DNA of 63,287 nucleotides, filler included, from Reticulomyxa filosa (GCA_000512085.1; 23 parts of 23 records of this genome joined end to end with filler, not necessarily neighbours in it), one strand, 5' to 3'. Counted from the first letter of the whole stretch, positions 38,088 to 50,717 are shown. Program-made: numbers and translations. Notes: a model not told the origin generated them from the letters alone.

Positions 38088-39106
38088 TTACACTTGAGAA
38101 AATGATTCAAAAAATTTGTTTCGCACTCGTTCCCAAGTACTGTCTTTTGGAGCTTTTAGTTTGATCAAAAAGTCAACAAAGTTGTCGGACACTTGGGTAG
38201 AGGCTTCTCGTGGAATTAGAGTGGCCAGATTGTTGATCGCGATAATCTATTTCATTTTATTTAAATGTATGTTTGATAAAAGTAGAGCCAAGGAAGAGCT
38301 CACGCCTGGCTGCAAAACTTCAAGAGGGTTGTCGATGTCATCAATAATAGCACCGACAGGGTCTTGGATGGTAGTGAGATGAGAATAGACAGGAATTGGG
38401 TTGTGTGGACTTGATGGCTCACACGTTAAATCAACAATCATGCGCAACTGTCTGGTTTTTGATGTAATCGTGTCTCTGGTTACCAAAGGTAGCTCCGTCT
38501 TTGAGAGGGGAGATCATTGTACAACAAACAAACTCAGACTTATTATTAACATTAACAAAAAAAAAAAAAAATAGAAGCTCAAAACTTTTTGTGGCAAAGC
38601 AACACAATTAACCAAAATATCATATTGCTCAGTGATGACCTTAAAAGGGCCTCCCTCTTTTGTCTCTTGCACGTCCCACTTTGTAACGGAAGATAACTTG
38701 CACTATTATTCAAAGAAAAGAAAAAAAATTATTTGTTTTTCTTTTCGTTTAATCCAACACACACACACATATATGTACATATACAATGAACATACTTGAT
38801 CAGCAATCCATGAAGCACCTTGCCCACATCGGCCCAGAGCCCCAACAATGATGACTTTAGGAATCTGTTGAGTCAAAGACTGAGTCGCTTCTAATTCTTT
38901 GTTACACTCCGTAATCATGTCTTCCACCGAGTTCCACAATGGAAATGGAGTCACACGTACGCCTCGGAGTCTCTTGCACCAGCCAAGAATTCCAACTCCC
39001 ATTCCAATCATTCCTGCAATTTTCCCAAAAGTAACTACTCGTTTTCCATTGTCATCTATCAAAAACTCCAAGTCCAAGGCCTCACCGTCTCCCTTTTCCC
39101 GCCCGT
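38088..39106 (-). CDS. LYS1: Saccharopine dehydrogenase (NAD+, L-lysine-forming), 5'-partial, multi-exon
   Basis: LDLEFLIDDNGKRVVTFGKIAG, VGALGRCGQGA, WDVQETKEGGPF, MIVDLTCEPSSPHNPIPVY, INNLATLIPREAS. Confidence 0.88.
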
Positions 39107-39278
39107 CCAAGCAAACAAAGCAATATTGTCTTCAAGGAAGAGAGAGGGGGGGGGGGGGGGTGGTCATATGTTGCATGCNNNNNNNNNNNNNNNNNNNNNN
39201 NNNNNNNNNNNNNNNNNNNNNNTTAATTAATTAANNNNNNNNNNNNNNNNNNNNNNNNNNNNNNNNNNNNNNNNNNNN

Positions 39279-39891
39279 TTTCTTGTCCTTGTCCATTTTC
39301 TGAATTTAATACAAAGCAATGACTACCAATATAATAATCAGTTGGTAAAGTATTATGTTTAATAAATTGAAATGTATTTAAATCAAACACACTAATATAA
39401 CGATAACGAAAAGTGATAAATAACAAATCATTGTCTCTTCCACCAATCACCGCACGCACTCCAATATAAGGACCATTTTCTTTTCCCATGATAATTGGAT
39501 TATTGTGGTTGTCTGTGAAAGGGGTCCATTGATTGTAATTGTTTAATTTATTAAATTTGTTTGATATATTACTCCAAACACTTACGTACTTCATTACCAA
39601 TGTATGTTTATTTAATCCACCAAAAGACAACAAAGTAATTTGATTGTTGTCTTTGTTGATGTTGTTGTTATCTACCAGTTTCACTACACAGTGCCCATGT
39701 AATTGAATACCACTTGGATACTCACAGATAAACTTATATTCGTTTTTGATTGTATGATAAGAATAACAAGCCCTTTGTTGATAACCTCCACAAATGAGGA
39801 GTTCGTGTTTGTGTGGCACACATTGAGATTGTTTTAGTGGAGTGGGCAACTCCTTTAAACTTTGAAAGGGGGTTGTGTTTTGATTACCCAT
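39279..39891 (-). CDS. Kelch-repeat protein, 3'-partial
   Basis: MGNQNT start (possible myristoylation), LLICGG..CYSYH, LLSFGG, AVIGG. Confidence 0.8.
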
Positions 39892-40923
39892 GTTAAGAAA
39901 CCATGAAGTAGTTTGATTTTTTTACTTTAAAAGGAGGACTTTTTTCATGCCGTTCCCTTTTTTAAAAAATCTAAAATTTTTTGGAACAACCGGACTTAGA
40001 AAAATAAAGATGATTTTCTTATTAAAAAATTGCAATATTGTTTGTTTCACGCAATGGCAAGATATAGCTGAAAAGATTATTTTTAAAAGTGCAGAATGTT
40101 CCATATTTTGATAATCTCGCAAAAGAACTAAACAATGCAACTCATGAATTTGCTTTCATTTTCTTCTAAACAAAGCCAATTACTAACATGCGAGAGTTGT
40201 TGAGTTTCGATAACAAAAAGAAAAACTATTGCTATCCTTTTGTATTACAATGAGATTATGCAAAAAAAAAGCATGATTATGACGATGTCATGAACAAATC
40301 AAGGCTGTTTCTAAAAATAAAGCATTTTGTAGTTTATAAAATATTGAATTGACATTTCAGAATCGAATAGAAAAACAAAAAAAGACGTTTCATTCCTCTT
40401 TGAAATATTAAAATAATCGCAATGGACTAAGATATTCTTTCGAAAGAACAATACAACAAATTCTTGTTTACAACTTTAACTAAATTATTTAATTGCATTT
40501 TGAGCCACTTTAAAAATTTTTGAAAAAATGTTGACTTTTGGCTTGGAAATCGATCATCTTCATAAGGTTCCGTTTTAGTATGTTGAACTTTTGTCCCGAC
40601 CTGTGCATTGTGGATTGAAAAGAGATATTAAAGAAATGAAGAATTTTTCATAAGTCATGTAAGTACTTGTGATGATATTCAAGTTGCAAATGTATATAAG
40701 TGATCGAGTTCTCATTCTTCTGTGGTAAGATTACCTGAAATCATTAGCTGTAATGCACCATGATATCTCCATTCAAAACATAAACGTGAAATTTTAGTTG
40801 CAAGTTTAAAACATATAGATAAAAATCACTACCAGAAAAATTGGATTAGAGACTGTTTTTACCAAAAAAAAAATTTATTAAAAAACTTTTTACACAAGTT
40901 TGAGTTTGATAAAACGTTTAATC

Positions 40924-41867
40924 CTAGAGCGAGTCAAACCACATGTTAAACACAGCAAATTGAAATAAAAACTGGACATTGATATTACGTTCAGGCGAGA
41001 TTTCAATATAACAAAGGTTATGTTTTGTACAAAAATTGAGAATAGCATCTAAATTTTCTTCGTACTTTGCAAAGTCTTCATTCCTCAAATGGGCGTTAGT
41101 GCCCGCGACGAGTACGGTGGTATCGGAAAGCTTACGAACATATGAGAAAAATTTGTGTAATTCGTCTTCAGGATTACCAAGCTGACTGAGATCATACACG
41201 ATAATGATACCATTCGATTCGCAAATAAACGTAGTGCACGCTAGATTAAATGGCTCTTCCATTGAAACAAAAAGGATGTCAATACGGCAGACAATACCAT
41301 CGCTCAATATCAGATGTTTATAATACATGTCGTCGATTATTGTATCACAAGTTCGATCAACAAAACCTCTGGTAAAACAAGTTAAAATATCTAACTTGTT
41401 ATAAAAATCTTTTCCGAGCAGCATTATTCGTTTACTTTGTACATTACTATTCAGACATGGAATAATTTTATGAATCCTTTCTTTTTTCTTCCTCCTCGGA
41501 ACATTAGTATGCTAATAATCATAATTATTGAGTCGTAGGGGAAAAAAAAAAAAAACAAGAGGCAAAAGAGAAAAAACTTGAGCCAGTTAGGGGGCATATA
41601 ATAATCCGCGGATAAAGTGTTATCGTGATTGAGGTCACAAAGATCCGGACGGGTCAAACGATAATATGCTTGAAAGTCATGGTATTCTCCGAGGAGTGAG
41701 TAAAATATGCCCTTTACGTCTTGCACACCGTAGTGTGAAAATACCTTTTCTATCACTGCTCGATGCTCCTTTGTTATTCTCCACCCTGTTGACCACTCTT
41801 GCAACTTTAAGGGATAATCTTCCTTCCTTTTGGGCACAGGAGCTCCTTTGAAACAATTATTTCCCAT
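40924..41867 (-). CDS. Divergent Ras-superfamily pseudo-GTPase with N-terminal acylation motif
   Basis: MGNNC start; second exon follows Ras topology (IMLLG..DTIIDDMYYK..IDIL..GIIIVYD..VLVAG..YIEIS..NINVQFLF) with degenerate G motifs. Confidence 0.7.
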
Positions 41868-42599
41868 TAGCTTTGCCAAAAAGATAATTACAAATCTTCA
41901 CTTAACGGAAATAATATTTTTTTCTCGAATGTAAAACTGAACTTTACAATCGCCCTTTAAACACGGCTTTGATTTTGGTTTTTTATTTGTGAACACATTG
42001 ACTAAGTTTAGAAACATTTCAAACAGTTTATCAAATTATGCCTTAATATCAATTTAAAATCAAATGTATTGTACTTCAAACAATTTTTTGTTTCATTATT
42101 TTTCAGTCATAATGTCTTCTTCCTTGTTTTTGAAATATTTACAAAAATGCGATTTTACAGTAGTTTGCAAAAAAAAATGGCAAACATATTATCTATTCTA
42201 TAAATATTTTCAATGTTTCTAATGATAAAATTGATAATGTTGGTGTTTGTTTGTTTTCTTTGCGATACAAAAACCTAATTTCATATCGTTTAGACTTTTC
42301 CATGCTGTCAAAATTGTAAAACTTGTGTTAATTAATGATTAGATGTTGTTAGAGAAAAAGATAATTTTTATTTTAGATATTTATTTGAAAAGTTTGTTGA
42401 ATAAAAAAAATAGAAGACAAACAGGAGACCCAATTTTCAACAATAAAAGAATGTTTCTTGTTAGGATCTGACAAATTTGAGATATTTGTTCTTGATTTCA
42501 AATCCAAAACGTTACCTTTATATATTACATAACAACAGTAAAAACATTGTTTAGACAGTGTTTCATCTATCATATCATATTTGAAAGAATACAGGCTTC

Positions 42600-43084
42600 A
42601 AAACAATGATTATGGACAAGGAATTTCTTGTTGTTATGAAGTCATTTATTGATCAAAACCTAAAGGCTCTTCATTTTGACGATCATGTACACACAGACAA
42701 GTTCTTTAATTATCCAAAAAAAAAATTTTTCAAATCATTTCTAGCATACTTTACTTAGAGACAAATTTGATTCTTGTGGAATATAAATCACTCAATCATG
42801 TATATTTAATGATTAAGCCAGGTCATTATTGACATGTCTGCTAATGGTTTCAAAGAAAACGTATACGTAACAACAAATTAATGTTTTTTTCTTGAATAAT
42901 AAGTAATAAATGAAAAAGAACAATTACAAAGTGTTTTCTTCATATTTTTTATTGATTTGACAACAAAAACTTTGTGAGAATTTGAAAAAATATGTGAAAA
43001 AACTGACATTTAATTCTAGTTGAGTCAATGCCAAGGAGAATTGAAGCTGTAATTAATGCACAAGGAAAACCAAAAAAATGGTAA
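42600..43084 (+). mobile_element. Tc1/mariner transposase remnant
   Basis: 43016-43084 encodes LVESMPRRIEAVINAQGKPKKW*, matching the typical Tc1 transposase C-terminus; upstream degraded, left boundary approximate. Confidence 0.7.
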
Positions 43085-43280
43085 AAACATTACAAAAAAC
43101 AAATTTTTTATAAAAATTTCAAATAATCAAAAAAAGGTTTCAAAATTTTATTAAANNNNNNNNNNNNNNNNNNNNNNNNNNNNNNNNNNNNNNNNNNNNT
43201 TAATTAATTAANNNNNNNNNNNNNNNNNNNNNNNNNNNNNNNNNNNNNNNNNNNNAAAAAAAAAAAAAAAAAAAAAAAAC

Positions 43281-43789
43281 GGAACTTGCTCATCAGGACT
43301 AAATGTGTATATGACACAACACAATCTCAATTTGCATATTAATACTTGCTTTCTTTTTTCAACGTCTTGCACAAGCCGTAGCTGTGGCAAACGATATACC
43401 AATACGTCTTCTTTCGTGTATTGCCCTACTTTTTCCCATTTTGCTTCCAATACTTCAATGTCATTGGCCGCCTCTTCTTGCTCACCTTCTCCATTCTCGT
43501 TCGTCTCTTTATGGTCACTTGTGCTCATCACTACCCCCTTTGTTTCGACTCTTTCCTTTGCTCCATTCGTTTGGCTTGTGCTTGATGCTGACACGTTTTC
43601 GTGTCCGCTCTGTCCTTCGCTTCTGCTGTTCTCGTGTTTTTCACCGCCGCCACCACTACCACTCGGGTTGTATTCCGTATTTGCTTCCTTTGTTTGAGAA
43701 GAAAGAGAATCTTCAATGGATAATGTTGCATGCTTTGTATCTTTTGAATGCTCATTTTTTTTTTTGGATTTAAATAGATTACGAAACAT
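43281..43789 (-). CDS. PP2A regulatory subunit B56 (B'), first exon
   Basis: LPQLRLVQDVEKRKQVLICKLRLCCVIYTF matches the start of the B56 domain after a disordered N-terminus. Confidence 0.75.
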
Positions 43790-45414
43790 TTTTAGAGAGA
43801 GAAAATTATGTTATGATTTAATTAATAATTTTTTTTTTTTTTTCTCACACAAAGTATTTTCACTAAGCAGACAAAGTATGCTATTTTCTCAGATAGTAAG
43901 AACACTAGATTGTAGAGTGAATATTTGAAATTCAAGAACAATCGGGAATTGTTACAAATTTGATATTTTATCAGATGGAAATAATGAAACAATGAGTACA
44001 ATACTTTTAATATCATTATTAATAAAAAAACACCCAATTGAAACTAAAATGTTGAAAACACAAGTGTATGAAGTATTCAATGAACAATAGATTGATAATA
44101 TGTTAAGAACGTTTCAAATATCCAAAAAAAAAATGAATTATCAAAATTAAGAATTTTTTTTTAAAAAAAGTGTTTCGACAATATTGTCAACATTTAGTAT
44201 TTAAAGTATTTGTTTTAGGTATCGCAATAGAAAACGAAAGTATAAATTATAAAAGTAAAGAAACTTAAGTAATTTGGACTCAACCACCGAAAAAGTTAAA
44301 AGACAGATGAATTGTTTATAAATGTAAATGATATTCTATTATGAAAACAACATGTTTGATATCAAGAGAGTTGGCGATAACAAATATAACTTTTTACAAA
44401 TCTTTCAAAAAATATTGTGGTGCAAAATGATATTTGACATCCTTTTATGGAAACCAAATATTGTTGTCGATCATCGATAGTTTCAGTGGCAATTAAAAAC
44501 AGTGTTTTCAACACTACTATCAATTTCTAAGTACTAAATTCTCGCAAAATTATTTTAAAACGAATTGTGTGAGCATTGGATCCATTTGTATATAATTTTT
44601 GGATGTGTGGATTATTAATGATAATTTTATAATGAAAGCGACTAATTTATTTTTTTGCAAAAAGGTCTCTAATGAACTTGTTATTGTTTGTTGTGGCTGT
44701 TGTTTTTGTCTTTCTTGTATTAAATACTTATGGACTGCTTTTGAGTCATGCCGATCAAAGGACATGATAGTTTACGTAGTAAAAAAAATGTCACCAGTTT
44801 GATAATACAGTGATTTTATGCTCAAATACTAAAGATAGCATAGTATACATACTATTGGAGGAAATACAAAAATCGGAAAAATGTTAACGCAGATACTTAA
44901 AAATATAAGTGCTGCGCTCTTATACCATAATCGTCATTGTACTGCGTTTTTGAACTTCTAAAAAAGTTGGTCAAATCTTTCATTTAAAATTTTGTAATTT
45001 GTTATTGGACATTTTCTGGGCGATCAAACCTAAAAAGAATCCTTCAATAAAATAGGCATCCAAAGAATTTAAGGTCTGTTAAAAATTCTATCTTTAAGAA
45101 GTTTTTTTCTTGCGAAAGTGCGTCTTCCTTATCTTTTTTTTTTCATTCAAAAGCTCTACGACAAGAAAGGCGAGATAAAACAACTTGAGGTTGATTTTAT
45201 TATTTTTTTATTGTGTTTCGGATAACAGAGGAGCAAAAAAGAAATACTTTGTCCTTTGATCAAAAATAGATAACAATTGGCATATTTCCTAAAGTATTGC
45301 GTGCAAGTTTCCAAAATCACAGTTGATGATATAGATAATAATGATATATCTGCTATGAACAATAAGGATATGTATAACTTTGTTTTAATAGATAAAACAA
45401 AGTGCAAAGGAGGA

Positions 45415-47279
45415 ATGCAAGACAACAACAGCAATAATAATAATACAAATACCGCAAACGAAGAAGACAAGAAATATGAAAAGGAAATAAAAATATTGAC
45501 TCAACTATTCAGTGATTCTATCAACAAAGAAGAATTGAAAAAGAAAATAATAAATAATAATGGAAATATCGAATTGGTGCTAAAAGAACTTGTTCAATTA
45601 TTTATTGAAAATGAGGTATATTTATCTTGTTTTATTACAACTGATATTTTTTTTTTTTTGGTATTAAAAAGGAGAATATCGAACAGATAACAACAAAACT
45701 ATTTTATTTATTTTATGACATTTTTTTTTGTTATCTTTATGTTTCTGTTCTGGGATGGTGAATAGAAACAAGAACAAAAACAAGAAAACATAATGAACAT
45801 ATTCGACAATAATAATAAAAGTATAAAAAGGGAAATGGAAAAATCAGAAATTGGAGAAATAAAACCAGGAATTAATTTGCAAGGATATTGCATCAATGAA
45901 ATGTGTTTAGCATCAAAAGCGAAATTACCAGCATGGATTAATATTGGATTTAATAATATTACTTTTATTTCAGATAAAACTTCTTTTAATTGTCTTGATT
46001 GTAAAAAAGAAACAGTTACATCCATTGTTAAAGCAATGTTCTATAATTCCGAACATTCAATTTGTGCAAGTGGTGATTCAATATCTGTGAAGGATAATAA
46101 TTATCAATGTTCATATTCAATTAAATCTGGGCTATCTTATGAACTAAAAGCAAATAAGATTAAACAACATGCAAAGAGTATTGAAGATTTGAGAGAAAGG
46201 AGTGAAAATGCAATGAATAGTATTGAAATAAAGAATTTGGTGACAGAATTGCAGAAATACGAGATTACAGTAGTGAAACCACCAAGTTTGAAAGGAAATG
46301 AAAGATTATTAGAAAAGATTCAAGCAGACTATGGTGGTGATTTTAATCAAGCATTTGATATTGGAAGATTTACAATTTTATGTGATAATCCAACCAAATT
46401 ACAAACTGCAGTCACAGTTATGAAGAAAGCAGAACAATTTAATCTGGTCGTGTCTGAAGACAAAGATTTCTTTGATAAAAAATCAAAGACACATCATCGT
46501 TTTCATAATATTAAATTGTATGTTCCAAAACATGATGTATATATTGAAATGCAAGCAACATTGAAGAAATTCACAACATTGGAAGGATATACTGTCATTG
46601 AAAATCCAAAGTTAAGTCATTCATTTTATGAACATATTCGAGCATGGAAACCTAAAAATCAAAAGGAAGAGAAATTAAAACAACCAAGTGATGAAACATT
46701 GACCAAAATCAATGACATAATTTGTGAATGGATTGACGAAAAAGAAATTAAAAAAATTGCAAATCGATATAAACCACATTCAGAAATTCGAATATTGAAA
46801 CCCCCACAATTAAAAGGAATAAATGAAGAAGAAATTAATTCTCAAAAAGATACTGTATTAAAATTAACTAAATTTGTTTATGATCAACTTTGTAAATTCA
46901 ATCCAAAGGAAATGAAAGGACAAGCTGTTTATGTTATTTTATTTGAATTTTTTAAGAAGAATATTATGGGCGAAATGAATCCTGCAAGTTGTGCTGATGT
47001 TATATCAATATTAAAAAAATCAAGAAAACAAGAATTAGAAGAAGATACAACTATACTTCAAGCACTTGAGACATACATACCATTGCAAGCAAATAATTAT
47101 TTATACATTGATAGTGATGACAATGAAAAAAATGATTCATATGATTGTCATCAGCGCATAATTAACTTGTTAGTTGAACAAAAAGAAGAAAACAAAAATG
47201 ATCAACAACAACAACAAGTAGTCATATTGCAAGGAAAATCAGGATCAGGAAAGAGTTTATTTTGTCGTCATTTAGAAGA
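45415..47279 (+). CDS. NLR-like protein: CUE/UBA-like + Cys-rich + RelA/SpoT-like NTase + P-loop (NACHT-type) start, 3'-partial
   Basis: Phase-0 intron 45616-45765 joins ORFs in frame; PGINLQGYCINEMC..CLDC; LKGNERLLEKIQADYGGD..DIGRFTI..HRFHNI..IEMQ..SHSFYE; VVILQGKSGSGKS at 47218-47256. True start may lie further upstream. Confidence 0.8.
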
Positions 47280-47817
47280 NNNNNNNNNNNNNNNNNNNNN
47301 NNNNNNNNNNNNNNNNNNNNNNNTTAATTAATTAANNNNNNNNNNNNNNNNNNNNNNNNNNNNNNNNNNNNNNNNNNNNATGTCGGTAAATTTAATGAGT
47401 TTTTTTTTGACAAGGAACAAAAAATAAAAAAATCGTATATTACATAGCGTTGTTTGATTGAACACAAAAACTACGTTTCTCGCAATTTATTTTAGAACAC
47501 CACTCGTAATAGCAAAAAATAAAAAAAAATTGAAAAAAACTTGATTTTATCCTTGTATGCATTTCTACAAACTGAAACTATGCAAGGATATTCTCTTCAA
47601 CTTAAAAAAAGTAAAAAGAAATCATTATTTCCTATTTTATTTGAACTATTTAGAATTATTGCAACAGTCACTAAATCATAAAAAAGGCAATAATGTTGTG
47701 GGAAAATGCACTTCTTCCTGTAAAATAATCTTTTGTTTGTAAGTCATTTTTTACAAAGGAGAGTTTTATATAAGATTTTTGTTCCTTGTCAAAAAAAAAC
47801 TCATTAAATTTACCGAC

Positions 47818-49263
47818 ATGGCCGCAATGCAACAGCCAGATCCATTGTCTGATGATGAATTCCTCCTAACGAGTGAAAATGAAGGGGATAATATTGATCA
47901 AACAAAGAAAATAGTGAAGGATGAAGACGACAAAATTGGTAACACTCAAAAAGACAAATCAAAAATACTACCTGATATTGAAAGAATTTTGGAAATGGCC
48001 CTTGCTAAACTACCAACACCCAAAGCAAAAATATTAGCTAAAACATACACTAGGCTATCAAATCCTTTTTATTTTGGTGACTCGGCTGATGAAGTCGAAA
48101 ATAGATTGAAAAAACACTCAAGCGATTTATTTGCAGTAACCGCTACAATTGCGCCAAACCAAAAATATCGAAAAAGAAACGATACAATTAAGTATGAATG
48201 CTACCCCTTCCCTTGCAGAGCATCAAAAGATGCAGATTGTTCAAGGGGTGTATGCACAAGCTGTAACACGCATTTTTACTTGTATCACAAATACGAAAGT
48301 ATTTGGCAATTCCAATGTGGACATCATATTTGCAAAGACTGCGTCCATAAATATTTTGAAATATGTTATGAAAAACATTTAAGTTGGCCCAAAAGCTTGA
48401 ACAATTTTCATTCTATGTATATACGTAAATACAACATTCCTGACGATGTAGCATTTGCTCTGCGACAACTTGTCGAAGCAAAATGTGCACATTTGATAAA
48501 CGATGGGGAAACTTGTGATCAGTTTGTTTTTTGTCCATGCAATGATTCGCGCTGTACAAAGATTCGCGAATTTGCTGTTGGTCGTCATAACAGCAAAATG
48601 CAAATGGGAAAATTCCCAAAGTTTATTAGTTACTTCAATAATGAAGCAATACGAACACTTTTACGTTATTCAAAATATTTGCAGCATTGGAAATTAAAGA
48701 AAAAAGAATTGGAAATAAATTTTTCCGAAGATATATCAAAATCCAAAAGCAAAAGACACCAAGAAAATGGCACTGATGAAATGGATGGTTCCGACAAACT
48801 ATCAACGAACAAAGTACTTAAAAAAAGGGGTTTTAATGAAATGAAAAAAGAGGACACTCCCACTATGGAAAAAACTCCTGATCCTGAACGAGGAATAAAG
48901 CAACAAAAAACGAATGCTAGTGGAGTGCTACTATCTGCAACTTTTGCAGCATATATTGAAAGTCTATTGACGGAAATCAAAGAAACTCAATGTGCACAAC
49001 AACTACAGTACTTTCAGCAAGTACAACAAATCCAAAAACTCCAAAGAGATATGGACTATCTAACGAAAATGGTGATCAATGAACAGAAGATAGTACATAA
49101 TGAAGATAGCGCTGAAAAAAATCCAATGTTATTTCCGCATCATGGCAGTGGCAACGGATATTATGGACATTTTCAAGGCAGTCATTCTCAAGGTAGTCAT
49201 TTTCAAAACTTGGCAAACAATTTACTTGGAATGTCACCAACTGATGGAAATAAAATAATGTAA
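47818..49263 (+). CDS. RING-finger-like protein, intronless
   Basis: CTSC..QCGHHICKDC..KC pattern plus extra Cys cluster and Gln-rich coiled coil. Confidence 0.6.
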   Translation: MAAMQQPDPLSDDEFLLTSENEGDNIDQTKKIVKDEDDKIGNTQKDKSKILPDIERILEMALAKLPTPKAKILAKTYTRLSNPFYFGDSADEVENRLKKHSSDLFAVTATIAPNQKYRKRNDTIKYECYPFPCRASKDADCSRGVCTSCNTHFYLYHKYESIWQFQCGHHICKDCVHKYFEICYEKHLSWPKSLNNFHSMYIRKYNIPDDVAFALRQLVEAKCAHLINDGETCDQFVFCPCNDSRCTKIREFAVGRHNSKMQMGKFPKFISYFNNEAIRTLLRYSKYLQHWKLKKKELEINFSEDISKSKSKRHQENGTDEMDGSDKLSTNKVLKKRGFNEMKKEDTPTMEKTPDPERGIKQQKTNASGVLLSATFAAYIESLLTEIKETQCAQQLQYFQQVQQIQKLQRDMDYLTKMVINEQKIVHNEDSAEKNPMLFPHHGSGNGYYGHFQGSHSQGSHFQNLANNLLGMSPTDGNKIM

Positions 49264-49593
49264 TTAAATTATTTTTTTATTATTTTTTTTTATTTAACGT
49301 TTCGTTTTGCTTGATTATTTTTTTGCAACTGCTATATTTCGAGGATACCAATGCAATGCCATCAAGGCAAATAGGGATTATTTGAAAAGGAAAAGAATTT
49401 TTTTTGTTCTTACCACAGCGAAAATAATAAAAAAAATGGAAAAAAAAGTAGTTACACTATGTTCGAAAAGAAGATCGAGACAATTTTTATTCCNNNNNNN
49501 NNNNNNNNNNNNNNNNNNNNNNNNNNNNNNNNNNNNNTTAATTAATTAANNNNNNNNNNNNNNNNNNNNNNNNNNNNNNNNNNNNNNNNNNNN

Positions 49594-49912
49594 CTTGAGC
49601 TACTGGTCTTTCTTGCGCTACTGGCCTTCCTTGCGCTACTGGCCTTCCTTGCGCTACTGGCCTTTCTTGCGCTATTGGCCTTCCTTGTCCTGCTTGTCTC
49701 CCTTGCGCTACTGGTCTTTCTTGCGCTACTGGCCTTCCTTGTCCTACTTGTCTCGCTTGCCCTACTTGCCTCCATTGCCCTACTTGCCTTCCTTGCGCTT
49801 CTGGTCTTCCTTGCCCTCCTTGTCTTCCTTGCCCTACTTGCCGTTCTTGCCTGATTTGCCTTGATTGCCCTACTTGCCTTACTTGTCGTTCTTGCCTTAG
49901 TTGTCTTCCTTG
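49594..49912 (-). repeat. 18-nt coding tandem repeat
   Basis: Units such as CAAGGAAGGCCAGTAGCG on - strand, diverging towards the 5' end. Confidence 0.9.
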
Positions 49913-50566
49913 ACTTCTTTCGTATTCTTCGTCCTCCTCTTCCTCTTCTTCATCTTCGCTGTCATTACCAATTAAAGAAGCCATTGATCCCAAGAAATTT
50001 GCGTGATTATCACGAAGCAAAATTGGCCCGATATTCGCGTTTGGATTGGTTCTCTCAAAGGGCACATAAAAAAAAAAGCGTTGCATATATTCCGAGGAAT
50101 CGCCAAGTCCGGGATGTCTGCGTGAAAAAAACTCCATAAACTGGGCATAAAATGGGTCCGAATCCGAGTTTTCGTCGTCGGTGCTCTCTTCGATAGTATG
50201 AGCTATGTTATGGGCTTCATTCAGCTTTTTCGGAAGAACAAAGGCGACACGAAATGTGCCTCCTTGACGAATTTGAATAACTTCAAATTGTTTTTGGCAT
50301 TGTGGACACCGTGTTTGATAGCTTTTTGCTTGGTTGATGCAGTCCACATGAAACTTGTGTCGACAGCAATGTCCCAATCGCGCATACGAGCAATTGCTGT
50401 TGGGATTGGTGTTGATCGAATCCAAGCATATGCACAGTTTATTTGATCGCTTTCTTTTTTCGCAATACAAGTTTTCAACCTCAAACGTGTTGCCGAGATG
50501 GTTCAAGCATGTACTGTGCGGTTGTTCAAGAAAATGAGCCACTAACGCCAAGGTTCTTACGTCCAT
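49594..50566 (-). CDS. RING-H2 protein with acidic tract and hexapeptide repeats, 3'-partial
   Basis: CICLD..CCRHKFHVDCI..RCPQC; then QGRPVA/QERPVA/QGRQVG repeats. Confidence 0.75.
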
Positions 50567-50717
50567 TGGTTTTTCTCTTTTGTTAAAAAAAAAAAANNNN
50601 NNNNNNNNNNNNNNNNNNNNNNNNNNNNNNNNNNNNNNNNTTAATTAATTAANNNNNNNNNNNNNNNNNNNNNNNNNNNNNNNNNNNNNNNNNNNNATAT
50701 ATATATATGTATATATA

